Assembly: GCA_964600165.1 (NCBI GenBank)
Contig: CAZRIP010000005.1
Location: 48-64,047, forward strand
Origin: an uncultured Elusimicrobia bacterium
Lineage (GTDB): Bacteria; Elusimicrobiota; Elusimicrobia; UBA1565; UBA9628
Reading direction: 5' to 3'
Length of the DNA stretch: 64,000 nt
The notes under the pieces were generated by a model. It was not told the origin of the DNA and searched no databases. It was given only the letters and a program-made list of their open reading frames with translations. The translations under genes and the position numbers were made by a program. Positions 8,175-18,751 of this stretch are shown one piece after another (positions within the stretch are counted from its first letter, which is position 1; every line of letters begins with the position of its first letter).

Positions 8175-9833
8175 TTACATCTTCTCTGGCGCGCTGACGC
8201 CTAAGAGGCCGAGGCCTTCGGCGATCACGTCGCGCACGCCGGCGCAGAGGAGCAGGCGCGCTCTCGATTGCTCCGGCTCGGCGGCGTCGACGACGCGGCA
8301 CTTCTCGTAGAAGGGGTGATACAAGCCCGCCAGCTCAAGGAGATAATTCGCGAGCGGGTGCGGGGCCAGGTCGCGCTCGCAGATCTTCAAGACCTCGGGA
8401 AACCACGCGACTTTGACGAGCAGCGCGCGCTCTTCGGGCTTCTCGAGCAGGCGGGCGTTCGGTCCGGGCAATTGATCGCCTTCCGCCAAGATGCCCGCCT
8501 TCGCGGCCTCGCGGAAGATCGAGCAGATGCGCGCGTGGACGTATTGGCAGTAATAGACCGGATTCTCGCTCGACTGCTTCTTGGCTAGCTCGAGGTCGAA
8601 GTTCAAGTGGGAGTCCGGCGTGCGCATCGCGAAGAAGAAGCGGCAGGCGTCCTTGCCGACTTCGGAAACGACCTCGGATAACCGGACAAATTCCCCCGCG
8701 CGCTTGCTCATCTTGACCGCTTCCTGCCCGCGGTAGAGATGGATCAGCTGGTGGACGATGGCGTGGAAGTTCTCGGGCGGAAAGCCGAGCGCGGCGATCG
8801 CCGCCTTCATGCGCGGGACGTAGCCGTGATGGTCGGCGCCGAGGATGTCGATGAGCTCGGTATAACCACGGTCGAACTTGTCCTTGTGATAGGCGATGTC
8901 CGGAAGGAAATAGGTCGGCTTGCCGTCGGATTTGACGAGCACGCGGTCCTTGTCGTCCTCGGAGCCCTCGGCCGACGCCGTGCCGAGCCACACGGCCCCG
9001 TCCTTCTCGTAGACCATGCCGCGGCTCTTCAAGAAGTCGAGCGTCTTCTGCACGGCGCCGCTGGCGTGGAGCTCGGATTCGAGGTACCAGCGGTCGAAAT
9101 GGGTGTCGAAGGAGCGCATGTCGGATTTGTGGGAAGCGAGCAGCGTCTCCATCGCGTACTTGCCCCACGCTTGAGCGTCCCACGCGGAAGCCTCGGCGGG
9201 AGCCTGCGCGGCGACTTCGAATAAATACTCGCCCTGGTAGCCCTTCTCGGGCACCTGGGCGTCGGGCTTGCCGCGGGCCTGGTCGTAGCGGGCTTTGACC
9301 GATTCGCCGAGCAGCACGACGCGCCCGCCGGCGTCGTTGACGTAATATTCCGTCGCCACCTTGCGGCCCAGGCGCCGCAAGATGCGCGCGAGCGAGTCGC
9401 CGAGCGTCGCGCCGCGCCCGGACGCCAGGTGAAGCGGGCCGGTCGGATTGGCCGAGACGAACTCGATCAAGATCGCGCGCTTCGGGCCGTGCGGATCGGC
9501 GCCGTAAGAGGAGCGGCTCAAAGTGAGCGCCTTGAGGTTCGCCGACAGGGCCGAGGCGCGCAGCTTCAGATTCACGAAGCCGGGGGGCGCGGCGTTGGCC
9601 TCGGCGATCTCGGGGATCTGCGCGAAGGACGCGGCGAGCGCCTTGGCGACCTCCATCGGGTTCTTCTTCGACGCCTTGGCGAGCGCGAGCGGCCAGGGGA
9701 CGCTGACCTCCGCGCCCACGTGGGCGGGCGGCGAGGCGAGCGGGGCGAGGCTTTCCGGCGGCGCGACGCCGGCCTCCTTGGCCCAGGCGGCGGTCTTTTC
9801 GACGAGCGTCTTGCGCAGCGAGGCGAGGACCAT
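8175..9833 (-). CDS. argS: arginine--tRNA ligase
   Basis: 552 aa containing the class I HIGH-like region ANPTGPLHLASGRG, the KMSKR motif and a DALR anticodon-binding C-terminus. Confidence 0.95.
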   Translation of the reverse strand: MVLASLRKTLVEKTAAWAKEAGVAPPESLAPLASPPAHVGAEVSVPWPLALAKASKKNPMEVAKALAASFAQIPEIAEANAAPPGFVNLKLRASALSANLKALTLSRSSYGADPHGPKRAILIEFVSANPTGPLHLASGRGATLGDSLARILRRLGRKVATEYYVNDAGGRVVLLGESVKARYDQARGKPDAQVPEKGYQGEYLFEVAAQAPAEASAWDAQAWGKYAMETLLASHKSDMRSFDTHFDRWYLESELHASGAVQKTLDFLKSRGMVYEKDGAVWLGTASAEGSEDDKDRVLVKSDGKPTYFLPDIAYHKDKFDRGYTELIDILGADHHGYVPRMKAAIAALGFPPENFHAIVHQLIHLYRGQEAVKMSKRAGEFVRLSEVVSEVGKDACRFFFAMRTPDSHLNFDLELAKKQSSENPVYYCQYVHARICSIFREAAKAGILAEGDQLPGPNARLLEKPEERALLVKVAWFPEVLKICERDLAPHPLANYLLELAGLYHPFYEKCRVVDAAEPEQSRARLLLCAGVRDVIAEGLGLLGVSAPEKM

Positions 9834-9834
9834 G

Positions 9835-10917
9835 CTACGGCTGCGGAGGCTGCGCGCCCATGGTCACGAGCTGCTTGACCGTCCCGGGATCGTGGGCGAT
9901 CGCGCAGGCCTCGTTGAGGTCGACGAGGTTTTGCTTGATGAGGAAAGCGAGGTACTGGTCCATCGAGATCATCCCGAACTTGCTGCCGGCCTCGATGGCG
10001 GAGTAAAGCAGATGGGTCTTGCCGTCGCGGATGATGCTGCCGATGGCGGACGTCATGCGCATGAACTCCCGCGCGCAGACGCGGCCTTTGCCGTCCTTGC
10101 GCGGCAGCAAGGTCTGGCAGATGACGGCCTGCAGCACGGTCGAGACCTGGATGCGCACTTGCTGCTGCTGGTGCGCGGGGAAGACGTCGATGATGCGGTC
10201 GATGGTCGACGGCGCGTCCTGGGTGTGCAGCGTGCCGAAGCAGAGGTGCCCGGTCTCCGCGGCGGTGATGGCGAGCTGGATCGTCTCCAGGTCGCGCATC
10301 TCGCCGATCAAGATCACGTCGGGGTCTTGGCGCAAGCTGTGCTTGAGGGCCTCGGCGAAGGACTTGGTCTGCTGGCCGACCTCTCTCTGCAGAATGATCG
10401 AGTTTTTGTCTTCATACACGAATTCGATCGGGTCCTCGACGGTCAGGACGTGCTTCTGGTACTTCTGGTTGATGAGCTCGATGAGGCAGGCGAGCGTCGT
10501 CGACTTGCCGGAGCCCGTCGGGCCGGTCACGAGCACGAGCCCGCGCGGCAGATCGACCAAGTTGCGCATCGCCGGCATCAGGCCCAGCTCGTCCGGCGTC
10601 GGGATCCGCGACGAGATCGTGCGCAGCACGGCGGCCACGCCGAGCTTCTGCATGAACACGTTCACGCGAAAGCGCGAGACGCCGGAGAGCGCGATCGAGC
10701 AATCGAGCTCCCAGCGGTCCTCGAAGCGGGCGCGCTGGTCCTCGGTGAGGATCGAGTAGATGAGGTTCTTGCACTCATCGGCGGCGAGCTTCGTCGTGCC
10801 GGGGATCGGCTGGATGGCGCCGTTCAAGCGCACCATCGGCGGCTTGCCGATGACCAGATGAAGGTCCGACGCGCCCATTTGGGCGGTCGACTTCAGGATT
10901 TCAACGAGATCGGGCAT
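9835..10917 (-). CDS. pilT: type IV pilus twitching-motility (retraction) ATPase PilT
   Basis: Walker A GPTGSGKST, the Asp box, Walker B ILIGEMRD and the His box TLHT, with the typical PilT length and N-terminus. Confidence 0.9.
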   Translation of the reverse strand: MPDLVEILKSTAQMGASDLHLVIGKPPMVRLNGAIQPIPGTTKLAADECKNLIYSILTEDQRARFEDRWELDCSIALSGVSRFRVNVFMQKLGVAAVLRTISSRIPTPDELGLMPAMRNLVDLPRGLVLVTGPTGSGKSTTLACLIELINQKYQKHVLTVEDPIEFVYEDKNSIILQREVGQQTKSFAEALKHSLRQDPDVILIGEMRDLETIQLAITAAETGHLCFGTLHTQDAPSTIDRIIDVFPAHQQQQVRIQVSTVLQAVICQTLLPRKDGKGRVCAREFMRMTSAIGSIIRDGKTHLLYSAIEAGSKFGMISMDQYLAFLIKQNLVDLNEACAIAHDPGTVKQLVTMGAQPPQP

Positions 10918-11272
10918 GAGTCTTCCGCTCCCAGGCCACCTTGGGCGAGTCGAAGTAGAGCTTGTCCAGCGCGTAGAAATCGCGGGTCTCGCGCGTCATC
11001 ACGTGCACGAGCAGCCCGCCGAAGTCGAGCACGCGCCACTGATCGCTGCGCGGCCGCGCGCGATGCAGGCAGGCGACGTTGAAGTCCGCCGCGGCGCGCT
11101 CGACCTCGTGCTCCAAGGTCTCCAGGTGCGGGCGCGAGTTGGCGGTGACGATCAGCAGATAATCGGTGATCGGGCTCGTCTTGCTCACGTGGAGCAAGGC
11201 GATGTCCTCTCCCTTCTTGTCGTCGGCGGCTCGCGCCGCCGCGACCGCGACGCCCTTAAATGCCCGTGCCAT
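10901..11272 (-). CDS. rsfS: ribosomal silencing factor RsfS (Iojap family)
   Basis: 123 aa containing DIALLHVSKTSPITDYLLIVTANS. It overlaps pilT by 17 nt. Confidence 0.85.
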   Translation of the reverse strand: MARAFKGVAVAAARAADDKKGEDIALLHVSKTSPITDYLLIVTANSRPHLETLEHEVERAAADFNVACLHRARPRSDQWRVLDFGGLLVHVMTRETRDFYALDKLYFDSPKVAWERKTHARSR

Positions 11273-12164
11273 ATTTCAGGGTGGACTTCGAGAGCCGGTC
11301 GCGCAAGCTGTCCTCGGTCCTGAAGTTGATGTTTTCCAGCGCCGAGGTCAGCAGGCGCGCGACGGTCGTCAGCGTGCGGCCGGTCTCGTTGCGCTCCTCT
11401 TCGCCGAGCGGCGTCGCGGAATGAAAGATCAGGTAGCCGTGCGGGCGCTTGGGTCCAGGCAGCGACACGTAATAAGCCGCGTCGTCGAGCCAGAGGTTGC
11501 GCGTCTCCGTGGCGGGGGGTAGCTTGCCCTTCATGGAAGAAAAATCGAAGTCCCCGCGCCCGGCCACGAAGTCCATCTCGTCGTTGAACAGGTTGTAGAG
11601 GTGGGCCTGCGCCGACCAGGAGCCGACCAAATGGGGGACGATGCGCTCGAGCACGCTCAGGAGCAGCTCCTTGCCCGAGCCGTGGGCCTCGAGCAGGAGG
11701 CTCGAGAGATCGAAGAGGAGCGTGAGCTCGTTGGAGGTCCGGCGCAGGCGGCCGGACTGCACTTGCACGAGGTGCGCGAAGAAGCTCATCGCGAGCTCGG
11801 GGTTCGACTTGAGCCAGCGGTTGAGATCGTCGCGGCCGAGCTCGAAGAGGCTCGCCTCGCCGGAGGCGGACGCGCGCGCCGAGCGCGGCTGCGGCTCGAT
11901 GACCGCCATCTCGCCGAACGAGTCGCCGGCCCCGAGGATCGCCAGGTCCTTCGAGACGTTCTTGGCCATCTTCTTCGAGATCCTGACGTGGCCGGACGCG
12001 ATGAAATAGAGGCTGTCGCCGGTCGTGCCTTCCTCGAAGACGATCTCGCCGTCCTTCAGGGACTTGGCCTTGAGGAAGTCGCCGAGCGTCGCCAGCCGGT
12101 CCTCGGGAATCTGGCCCAGCAATCGCAGCGACTTGAGCAGCTGAATCTTGTCTTTGTCGGCCAT
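11256..12164 (-). CDS. cyclic-nucleotide-binding domain protein with an uncharacterised C-terminal domain
   Basis: The N-terminal CAP/cNMP-binding fold includes the phosphate-binding cassette GDSFGEMAVIEPQPRSARASA. The C-terminal roughly 170 aa have no motif I recognise. Confidence 0.75.
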   Translation of the reverse strand: MADKDKIQLLKSLRLLGQIPEDRLATLGDFLKAKSLKDGEIVFEEGTTGDSLYFIASGHVRISKKMAKNVSKDLAILGAGDSFGEMAVIEPQPRSARASASGEASLFELGRDDLNRWLKSNPELAMSFFAHLVQVQSGRLRRTSNELTLLFDLSSLLLEAHGSGKELLLSVLERIVPHLVGSWSAQAHLYNLFNDEMDFVAGRGDFDFSSMKGKLPPATETRNLWLDDAAYYVSLPGPKRPHGYLIFHSATPLGEEERNETGRTLTTVARLLTSALENINFRTEDSLRDRLSKSTLKYGTGI

Positions 12165-12165
12165 G

Positions 12166-13251
<1,086 letters not shown>

Positions 13252-13264
13252 GCGTGCGTGTCTC

Positions 13265-14206
13265 CTAGAAGCAGTCGTCCGCGAGAATGACCGTCACGTC
13301 GACCAGCCGCTTCTCGTCCGGCCGGCTGACCTCTTCGGCGTCCCGGCAGCCGAGCATACGCTTGACCGTCGAGGCGTTCTCGAAGGCGCCGGAGCGGTCG
13401 TAGATCACCGTCTTGTCCTGCCGGCTCGGCGCGTTCGACGACGCCATGACGTCGGCGCCGCCTGATCTTAGAATTTTTGTGGCCTCGAGCGCGATACCGT
13501 GGCGCCCCGTCGCGTTGAGGACCTCGACCGTGAGGCGCTCGGGCTTGGCCGGGGGCGCCTCCGTGGCGAGGCGGCCGAGGAACGCCCGCCGCGCGCCGTC
13601 GTCCTCAGGCAGCCAGGCGGGACGCAGCCCCGCGCGGCCCAGGCGGTGGAGCTCCACCGCGGCGACGAGCCGCTCGGCGCGGCCGATATCGGCGCGCAGC
13701 CCTTTCGTCGAGAAAGCCAGGCGCCATGGCAGCCTCCGCGTCCACGCCGCGCCCTGCAGGGCCGGGTCGGGCTCGTCGGACGGCGCGGCCTGGACGTACA
13801 CGAACCGGCCGGCGCCGCCGTCGGCGTCGAGGCCGAGCAGGGGCCGGAGGAGCTCGCGCGCGGCGTCGGCCTCGTCTTTCGCGGCGCCGGCCGGATCGGC
13901 GTCGTTGGCCAGCGAGTCCTCGCGCGCCGCCGAAAGCGGGCGGCCGTCGGTCATTTTCGTCGAGTCGGGGATATACACGAGATCGGCCGCGCGCTTGGCG
14001 GGGTGAAAGAGCGCGAGGTAGAGGCGCGGAGGCTCGGGCGCGGCCTCGAAAGCGATGAGCGTCGCCCACGGCTTGCCCGCGCGCACGCAGGCCGCCGCCG
14101 TCGAGCGGCTCTCGAGCCAGGCCGCTAGCGCGACGACCGCGAAGACGGCGAGCGTCAGCGCGCGCTCCACCCTCACGCTCTTCGCGCTTATCGGAGAGAT
14201 TTCCAT
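13265..14206 (-). CDS. membrane-anchored protein with a LytR_C-like C-terminal domain
   Basis: Start assigned at MEISPISAK by frame arithmetic. One N-terminal TM helix. The C-terminus LTVEVLNATGRHGIALEATKILRSGGADV...KTVIYD resembles the LytR C-terminal domain. The longer track ORF overlaps nadD in another frame and was trimmed. Confidence 0.55.
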   Translation of the reverse strand: MEISPISAKSVRVERALTLAVFAVVALAAWLESRSTAAACVRAGKPWATLIAFEAAPEPPRLYLALFHPAKRAADLVYIPDSTKMTDGRPLSAAREDSLANDADPAGAAKDEADAARELLRPLLGLDADGGAGRFVYVQAAPSDEPDPALQGAAWTRRLPWRLAFSTKGLRADIGRAERLVAAVELHRLGRAGLRPAWLPEDDGARRAFLGRLATEAPPAKPERLTVEVLNATGRHGIALEATKILRSGGADVMASSNAPSRQDKTVIYDRSGAFENASTVKRMLGCRDAEEVSRPDEKRLVDVTVILADDCF

Positions 14207-15300
14207 AGTAAATCGGTCAAAGGATGCGCCCAAGCGCCGTCTTCGCGGACGAAATGCCGCTTGAAAGCGACGGTCTCGCGGAACGCGGCCGACAGATCGC
14301 GGCGCGCGAGCCGGCGGACTCTTTTTGCCTCGCGATAGCCGCGGTCTTCCGAAGAGAAATCGGCGACGTAGAGCGCTCGTTCGAGCGGGCCCATGCCCGG
14401 GCGGCCGAGCGTGTGGTTGCGGATCGCCGCGAGCACCTCGGGATCGCGCACGCCGTAAACGCGCCGCGCGACGTCCTCGCCGACGAAAGCGTGGAGCAAG
14501 ATCGGGTTGTTCGCGACGATCCCGGAGAAATTCGGGATTTTCAAGCGGCGGCGCCGCGCATAGGCCGGCATCGCGTCGACGCGCAGCGCGCGGCCGCAAT
14601 CGTGAAGCAGCCCCGCCAGTCGCGCGCGCTCGCGGTCGAGCGCGTGGCGCGCGGCGAGCTCGTCGGCCAGGCGCGCGACGCAGACGGTGTGCTCGAAGCG
14701 GCTTTCTTTGAGAGAGCGCGAAAGCCGGGCCAACGTTCTCGTGCCGTAGAGGCCGCGGCGGCGGATGAAGCCCTCGATTCTCGGCGAGAGAAGGTCCGAG
14801 ACGGGCTCGCCGAGCGCGAGCCGGCGCCGCGCCTCGGTCGACGAGGCGTCCGGCATCTTGCCGGGGAGCCGATGAAAGAAATCCGGCGGCTTCGCTCCGA
14901 CGGGACGGCGCGCCGTCCACCAGGTCGCGAGCGCGCGCAGCCTCGCCGGATTCCGCCACTTGTAAAATTGAGCGGCGGAGTCCGAGCCGACGGCGAAACA
15001 CAGCTCCGCGGACGGGAATTTTTTCTTGAGACGAGAAAGCGTCTCGACGGTATAGACTCTGCGGCGGCTGCGGAATTCGACGGCATCGATCGTCGCGCGA
15101 TCACCGAACGCGAGCTTGGCCAGGGCGAGCCGGTCGGCGGCCGAAGCGCTGTGCGTTCCTTTTAAAGGGGCCTGAAAGGCGGGCACGACGATCACTTTGT
15201 TCGGTCGGGTCGCCTTGATCGCGGTTTTGAGCAGTGCCGTGTGGCCTTTGTGCGGCGGGTCGAACGAGCCGCCGAAAACGAGGACGCGCATGGCCCCCAT
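14188..15300 (-). CDS. nadD: bifunctional nicotinate-nucleotide adenylyltransferase NadD fused to an HD-domain (YqeK-like) hydrolase
   Basis: The N-terminal (H/T)xGH motif reads VLVFGGSFDPPHKGH. The C-terminal HD motifs read HTVCVARLA...LLHDCGR. NadD and YqeK are usually adjacent genes, and here they are fused. Confidence 0.85.
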   Translation of the reverse strand: MGAMRVLVFGGSFDPPHKGHTALLKTAIKATRPNKVIVVPAFQAPLKGTHSASAADRLALAKLAFGDRATIDAVEFRSRRRVYTVETLSRLKKKFPSAELCFAVGSDSAAQFYKWRNPARLRALATWWTARRPVGAKPPDFFHRLPGKMPDASSTEARRRLALGEPVSDLLSPRIEGFIRRRGLYGTRTLARLSRSLKESRFEHTVCVARLADELAARHALDRERARLAGLLHDCGRALRVDAMPAYARRRRLKIPNFSGIVANNPILLHAFVGEDVARRVYGVRDPEVLAAIRNHTLGRPGMGPLERALYVADFSSEDRGYREAKRVRRLARRDLSAAFRETVAFKRHFVREDGAWAHPLTDLLWKSLR

Positions 15301-15362
15301 CTTAGCTTTTCGGCCTCGCGGCGCGCTTGGAGGCGCCGCCCGGATTTGGTACTTTGGTGTCC

Positions 15363-16523
15363 ATGGCCGACGTCAGACCGTTTCGCGGCATCCGATTCGA
15401 TCCCAAGAAGCTCGGGCTCGGAAAGGCGCTTTGCCCGCCTTACGACGTGATCGACCCCGCCGAGGCCGAACGGCTGCGCCGGGAGGCGCGTAACGCCATT
15501 CACCTCGAGCTGCCCGCCGGAGCGGGCGAGGAGCGCTACGAGAACGCGGCGCTCGCCTGGTCCGATTGGCGCGCGCAGGGCCTGCTGCTCCAAGACGAAA
15601 AGCCGGCTTTTTACGCGGTCGAGGAGCGCTTCGCTTTCGCGGGCAAAGCCTGCCGGCGGCTCGGCTTTCTGGCCGCGCTTTCAGTCGCCGACAACGGCGA
15701 CGTCGTGGCCCATGAGCGCACGCTCTCCAAGCCCAAGGCCGACCGGCTCGAGTTGCTCAAGGCGGTCTGGGCGAACGTGAGCCCGATCTTCGGCCTCTTC
15801 GCGGATTCGGCGGGCGCCGCGCGACGCGTCTTCGCCGCGGCGGCGAAAGCCCCGCCCGCGGCCTCCGGGCGCATGGCGTCGGGCGTTTCGTACAAGCTTT
15901 GGAAGGTCGACGACGAGGCCGACGTGGAGACCTTGCGCCGCGCGTTGGCGCCGGCGAAGATCCTGATCGCCGACGGCCATCACCGCTTCGAGGTCAGCCG
16001 CGCGTTCCACGAGCTGCACCCCGCGGCGGCCACGGAGACCGTGCTCGCCTACCTCTGCCCCGAGGAAGACAAGGGCTTGGTGGCGCTCTCGACGCACCGG
16101 ATCGTCTCGAGCGGCATGTCGGATTACTCCGCGCTTTGCCGCGTCGACGGCTGCAAGAGTCGCGCCGAGCTGCTGACGAAGCTCGAAAAAGCGAAGAGCC
16201 CTTACGCCTTCGGCGTGCTCGAGCGCGGCCGGTATCGGCTCGCCCAGCCGAAGTCGCCGGACGGCTGCGCGAGCGGCCTGTGCGTCGAGTGGATCGGCAA
16301 GCATCTGCTCTCGGCCGTGCCGCCCGACCAGATCAAATACACCCCGGACGCCGGCAAGGCCGTCTCCATGGCCAAGGAGACCGGCGCCGCCGTCGTCTTC
16401 GTCAAGCCGTTCAAGGTCGAACAGATCCGCAAAGCCGTCGCCGCGGTCGGGCTTTTGCCGCCCAAGTCGACCTATTTCTTTCCGAAGATCGCCACCGGGC
16501 TGGTCTTCAAGAGCCTCAAATGA
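15363..16523 (+). CDS. DUF1015 family protein
   Basis: Start chosen at MADVRPFRGIRF. Conserved motifs PPYDVI and ADGHHR are present. The stop overlaps the next start. Confidence 0.8.
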   Translation: MADVRPFRGIRFDPKKLGLGKALCPPYDVIDPAEAERLRREARNAIHLELPAGAGEERYENAALAWSDWRAQGLLLQDEKPAFYAVEERFAFAGKACRRLGFLAALSVADNGDVVAHERTLSKPKADRLELLKAVWANVSPIFGLFADSAGAARRVFAAAAKAPPAASGRMASGVSYKLWKVDDEADVETLRRALAPAKILIADGHHRFEVSRAFHELHPAAATETVLAYLCPEEDKGLVALSTHRIVSSGMSDYSALCRVDGCKSRAELLTKLEKAKSPYAFGVLERGRYRLAQPKSPDGCASGLCVEWIGKHLLSAVPPDQIKYTPDAGKAVSMAKETGAAVVFVKPFKVEQIRKAVAAVGLLPPKSTYFFPKIATGLVFKSLK

Positions 16524-17209
16524 AATTTTCCGTCGTCATCGCGACCTGGAACGAGGGCTCGCAGATCTCGTCGTATTTGAAGCGCCTGAGGCAAATCTCG
16601 CAGCAGAGCCCGATGGAGGTCATCGTCGCCGACGGCGGCTCCGACGACGGCACGGCCGGACTGGCGCGCGAGTGGGCCGACCACGTGATCACGCTGCCCC
16701 AGACCAATCGCGGGGCGCAGCTCGACGCCGGCGCCAAGATCGCGACCGGCGATCTGCTGTTCTTCCTGCGCGCCGACGCGCAGCCGCCCGGCAACTGGCA
16801 GCAGGCGCTCGAGCACTTCTGGCTCTCCACGCACCGCAAAAAAGTCGCGGCCTCGACGTTCACCGTCGATTACGGCACGGGCTGGAAGTTGCGGCTATCC
16901 TCTCGGGTCGCCAACGCCGCCGTCGGCTGGGGCGTGGCTTACGGCGATCACGGCCTGGCCACGACGCCGGAGATTTACAAGGAGAGCGGCGGCTACCCGC
17001 CGATCGCTTATCGCGAGGACGTCGAGTTCTGCAAGCGCCTCGCGCGCTTCGGGCGGATCGCCCGGCATTCCGAGGTCATCTGGCCCGCCGGGCGCCGCCT
17101 GCGCCGCGACGGCCCCGTGCGCTGCGGCGTCGAGCACGCCTGGCTGGCGCTGCGTCATAAGCTCGGGTCCTCGCCCGACGAGCTCTGGCGCAGCTACGCC
17201 GGCGCTTAG
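16520..17209 (+). CDS. family 2 glycosyltransferase
   Basis: MKFSVVIATWNEG...VIVADGGSDDGT with a DxD-type motif, GT-A fold. The ATG overlaps the DUF1015 stop. Confidence 0.75.
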   Translation: MKFSVVIATWNEGSQISSYLKRLRQISQQSPMEVIVADGGSDDGTAGLAREWADHVITLPQTNRGAQLDAGAKIATGDLLFFLRADAQPPGNWQQALEHFWLSTHRKKVAASTFTVDYGTGWKLRLSSRVANAAVGWGVAYGDHGLATTPEIYKESGGYPPIAYREDVEFCKRLARFGRIARHSEVIWPAGRRLRRDGPVRCGVEHAWLALRHKLGSSPDELWRSYAGA

Positions 17210-18751
17210 TTACTTCCGGCCCAGCGCGCGGTAGACCAGATCCAGGTTCTTGCGCACTCCCGCGGCGTCGGGATTGAGCCGAGCGGCCTGCTCGAGAGAA
17301 GCCGCGGCTTCCTTCAGCTTGTTCTCGCGCGCCAGCGCGAGGCCGAGATTGCTGTAGGCCTCCCAATAGTCCGGCTTGAGCGCGATCGCGGCGCGGTATT
17401 CGGCCTCGGCTTCGGGGAGCTTTCTCTCGGAATCGAGAAGGAGGCCTAGATTGTTGTGCGGCAGCTCGTAGGACGGATCGAGCGCGAGGGCGCGGCGATA
17501 TTCCGATTCGGCGCGCGCGGGATCTTTGCGCGCGAGCGCGTACCCGAGGCTGTTGTGCGGCATCGCCTGGTCGGGCTCGACTTGGGCGACGCGGGACCAA
17601 AAACTCGCGCTGTCATGCCACACCGGGATCTGGGACCAGGTCAGCCCGATCAAGACGAGGCAAGCCGCCGCGGCGAGCACGGGCGCCGTCCCGTTTTTCC
17701 AACGCGCGCGCAGCGCCGCGCCCGCGAGAAGCGCCAGCGGCAGGCAAGGGAGATAGGAGTAGCGGTCGGCCGCGAGCTGGCGGCCGAACGGCACGAGCCC
17801 GAGCACCGGGATGAGCGCCGCGGCGTAGCAGAACGCCGCCGTCGCGAGCGCGGGCCGCTTTTTTCTAACGAACAACAGAGCCGGCGCCGCCAGCAAGACG
17901 ACGACGGCGCAGACCGCGAACGGCCCGCCGGCGAGCGGCAGGTCTTTCGGGCGCAGATAGAGCGGAGATAAAGCCCACGGAACGAGCGTCTTCTCGACGT
18001 AGAAAACGAGCCCGTACGCGGCTTGCGCGAGGCGCCCGGCGAGATCGGGATACGGAAAGCGCCCTTGGTCCGACTTCCGCTGGGCGAGCGCGCCGACGAC
18101 GCCGAAGACGGCCGACAGCGCGAAGAACGGGGCTTTCTCGGCCCACGCCTTGCGCTTGAGCGGATAATAGTCAAGCGCGAGCAGCGTCAGCGGCAGCGTG
18201 ACCGCCATGCCCTTCGACAGCAGGGCCGCGGCGAAGGCGAAAAGCGCGGCTTTCGCTCGCCCCCTGATATAGAGCAGGACGCTCGAGAGATAGAAGAAGC
18301 CGCAGAGCACGTCGCGGCGCTCGCTCGCCCAGGCGACCGATTCCACGCGCAGCGGGTGCAGCGCGAAGACGAGCGCCGCGAACAGCGCGGCGGGCGTCAG
18401 CGCGCCGTCCTTGTCGTCGGGCCGGGCTTTATTAAGCAGCTCTCTCGCCACGAGGAAAAAGAGCGCGGCGTTGGCGGCGTGGATCAGCGCGCTCGTCAAA
18501 TGAAACGCCCAGGCCTGCGCGCCGAAGAGCTGGTAATCGAGCGCGAGCGAGGCCCACGACAGGGGCTGGTAAGGCCCCGAAAGAGTCGTCGTGAACATCC
18601 ATCGGAGCTGGCTCAAAGAAAAACCAAGATGCTCGCGGCTGGCGAGCAGATAGCGCAGGTCGTCGAAGTCGACGAAGCCGTTGCCGAGCGCCGGTAGGAA
18701 AGCGATGAAAGCCGCCGCGGCCGCGAGCCAAGCCGCGGTCTTTCGCCTCAT
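17210..18751 (-). CDS. TPR-repeat-containing PMT/TMTC-like GT-C membrane glycosyltransferase (paralog 2)
   Basis: Start assigned at MRRKTAAW; the ATG overlaps the dusB stop. The membrane region contains LDYQLFG...AFHLTSALIHAANAALFFLVAREL. The C-terminus has TPR repeats. Confidence 0.7.
   Translation of the reverse strand: MRRKTAAWLAAAAAFIAFLPALGNGFVDFDDLRYLLASREHLGFSLSQLRWMFTTTLSGPYQPLSWASLALDYQLFGAQAWAFHLTSALIHAANAALFFLVARELLNKARPDDKDGALTPAALFAALVFALHPLRVESVAWASERRDVLCGFFYLSSVLLYIRGRAKAALFAFAAALLSKGMAVTLPLTLLALDYYPLKRKAWAEKAPFFALSAVFGVVGALAQRKSDQGRFPYPDLAGRLAQAAYGLVFYVEKTLVPWALSPLYLRPKDLPLAGGPFAVCAVVVLLAAPALLFVRKKRPALATAAFCYAAALIPVLGLVPFGRQLAADRYSYLPCLPLALLAGAALRARWKNGTAPVLAAAACLVLIGLTWSQIPVWHDSASFWSRVAQVEPDQAMPHNSLGYALARKDPARAESEYRRALALDPSYELPHNNLGLLLDSERKLPEAEAEYRAAIALKPDYWEAYSNLGLALARENKLKEAAASLEQAARLNPDAAGVRKNLDLVYRALGRK

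Noticed and set aside
13265-15001. Track ORF of 578 aa on the minus strand.
   Set aside because: The first 265 codons overlap nadD in a different frame and read as Arg-rich noise. The gene was trimmed to the MEISPISAK start at about 14206.
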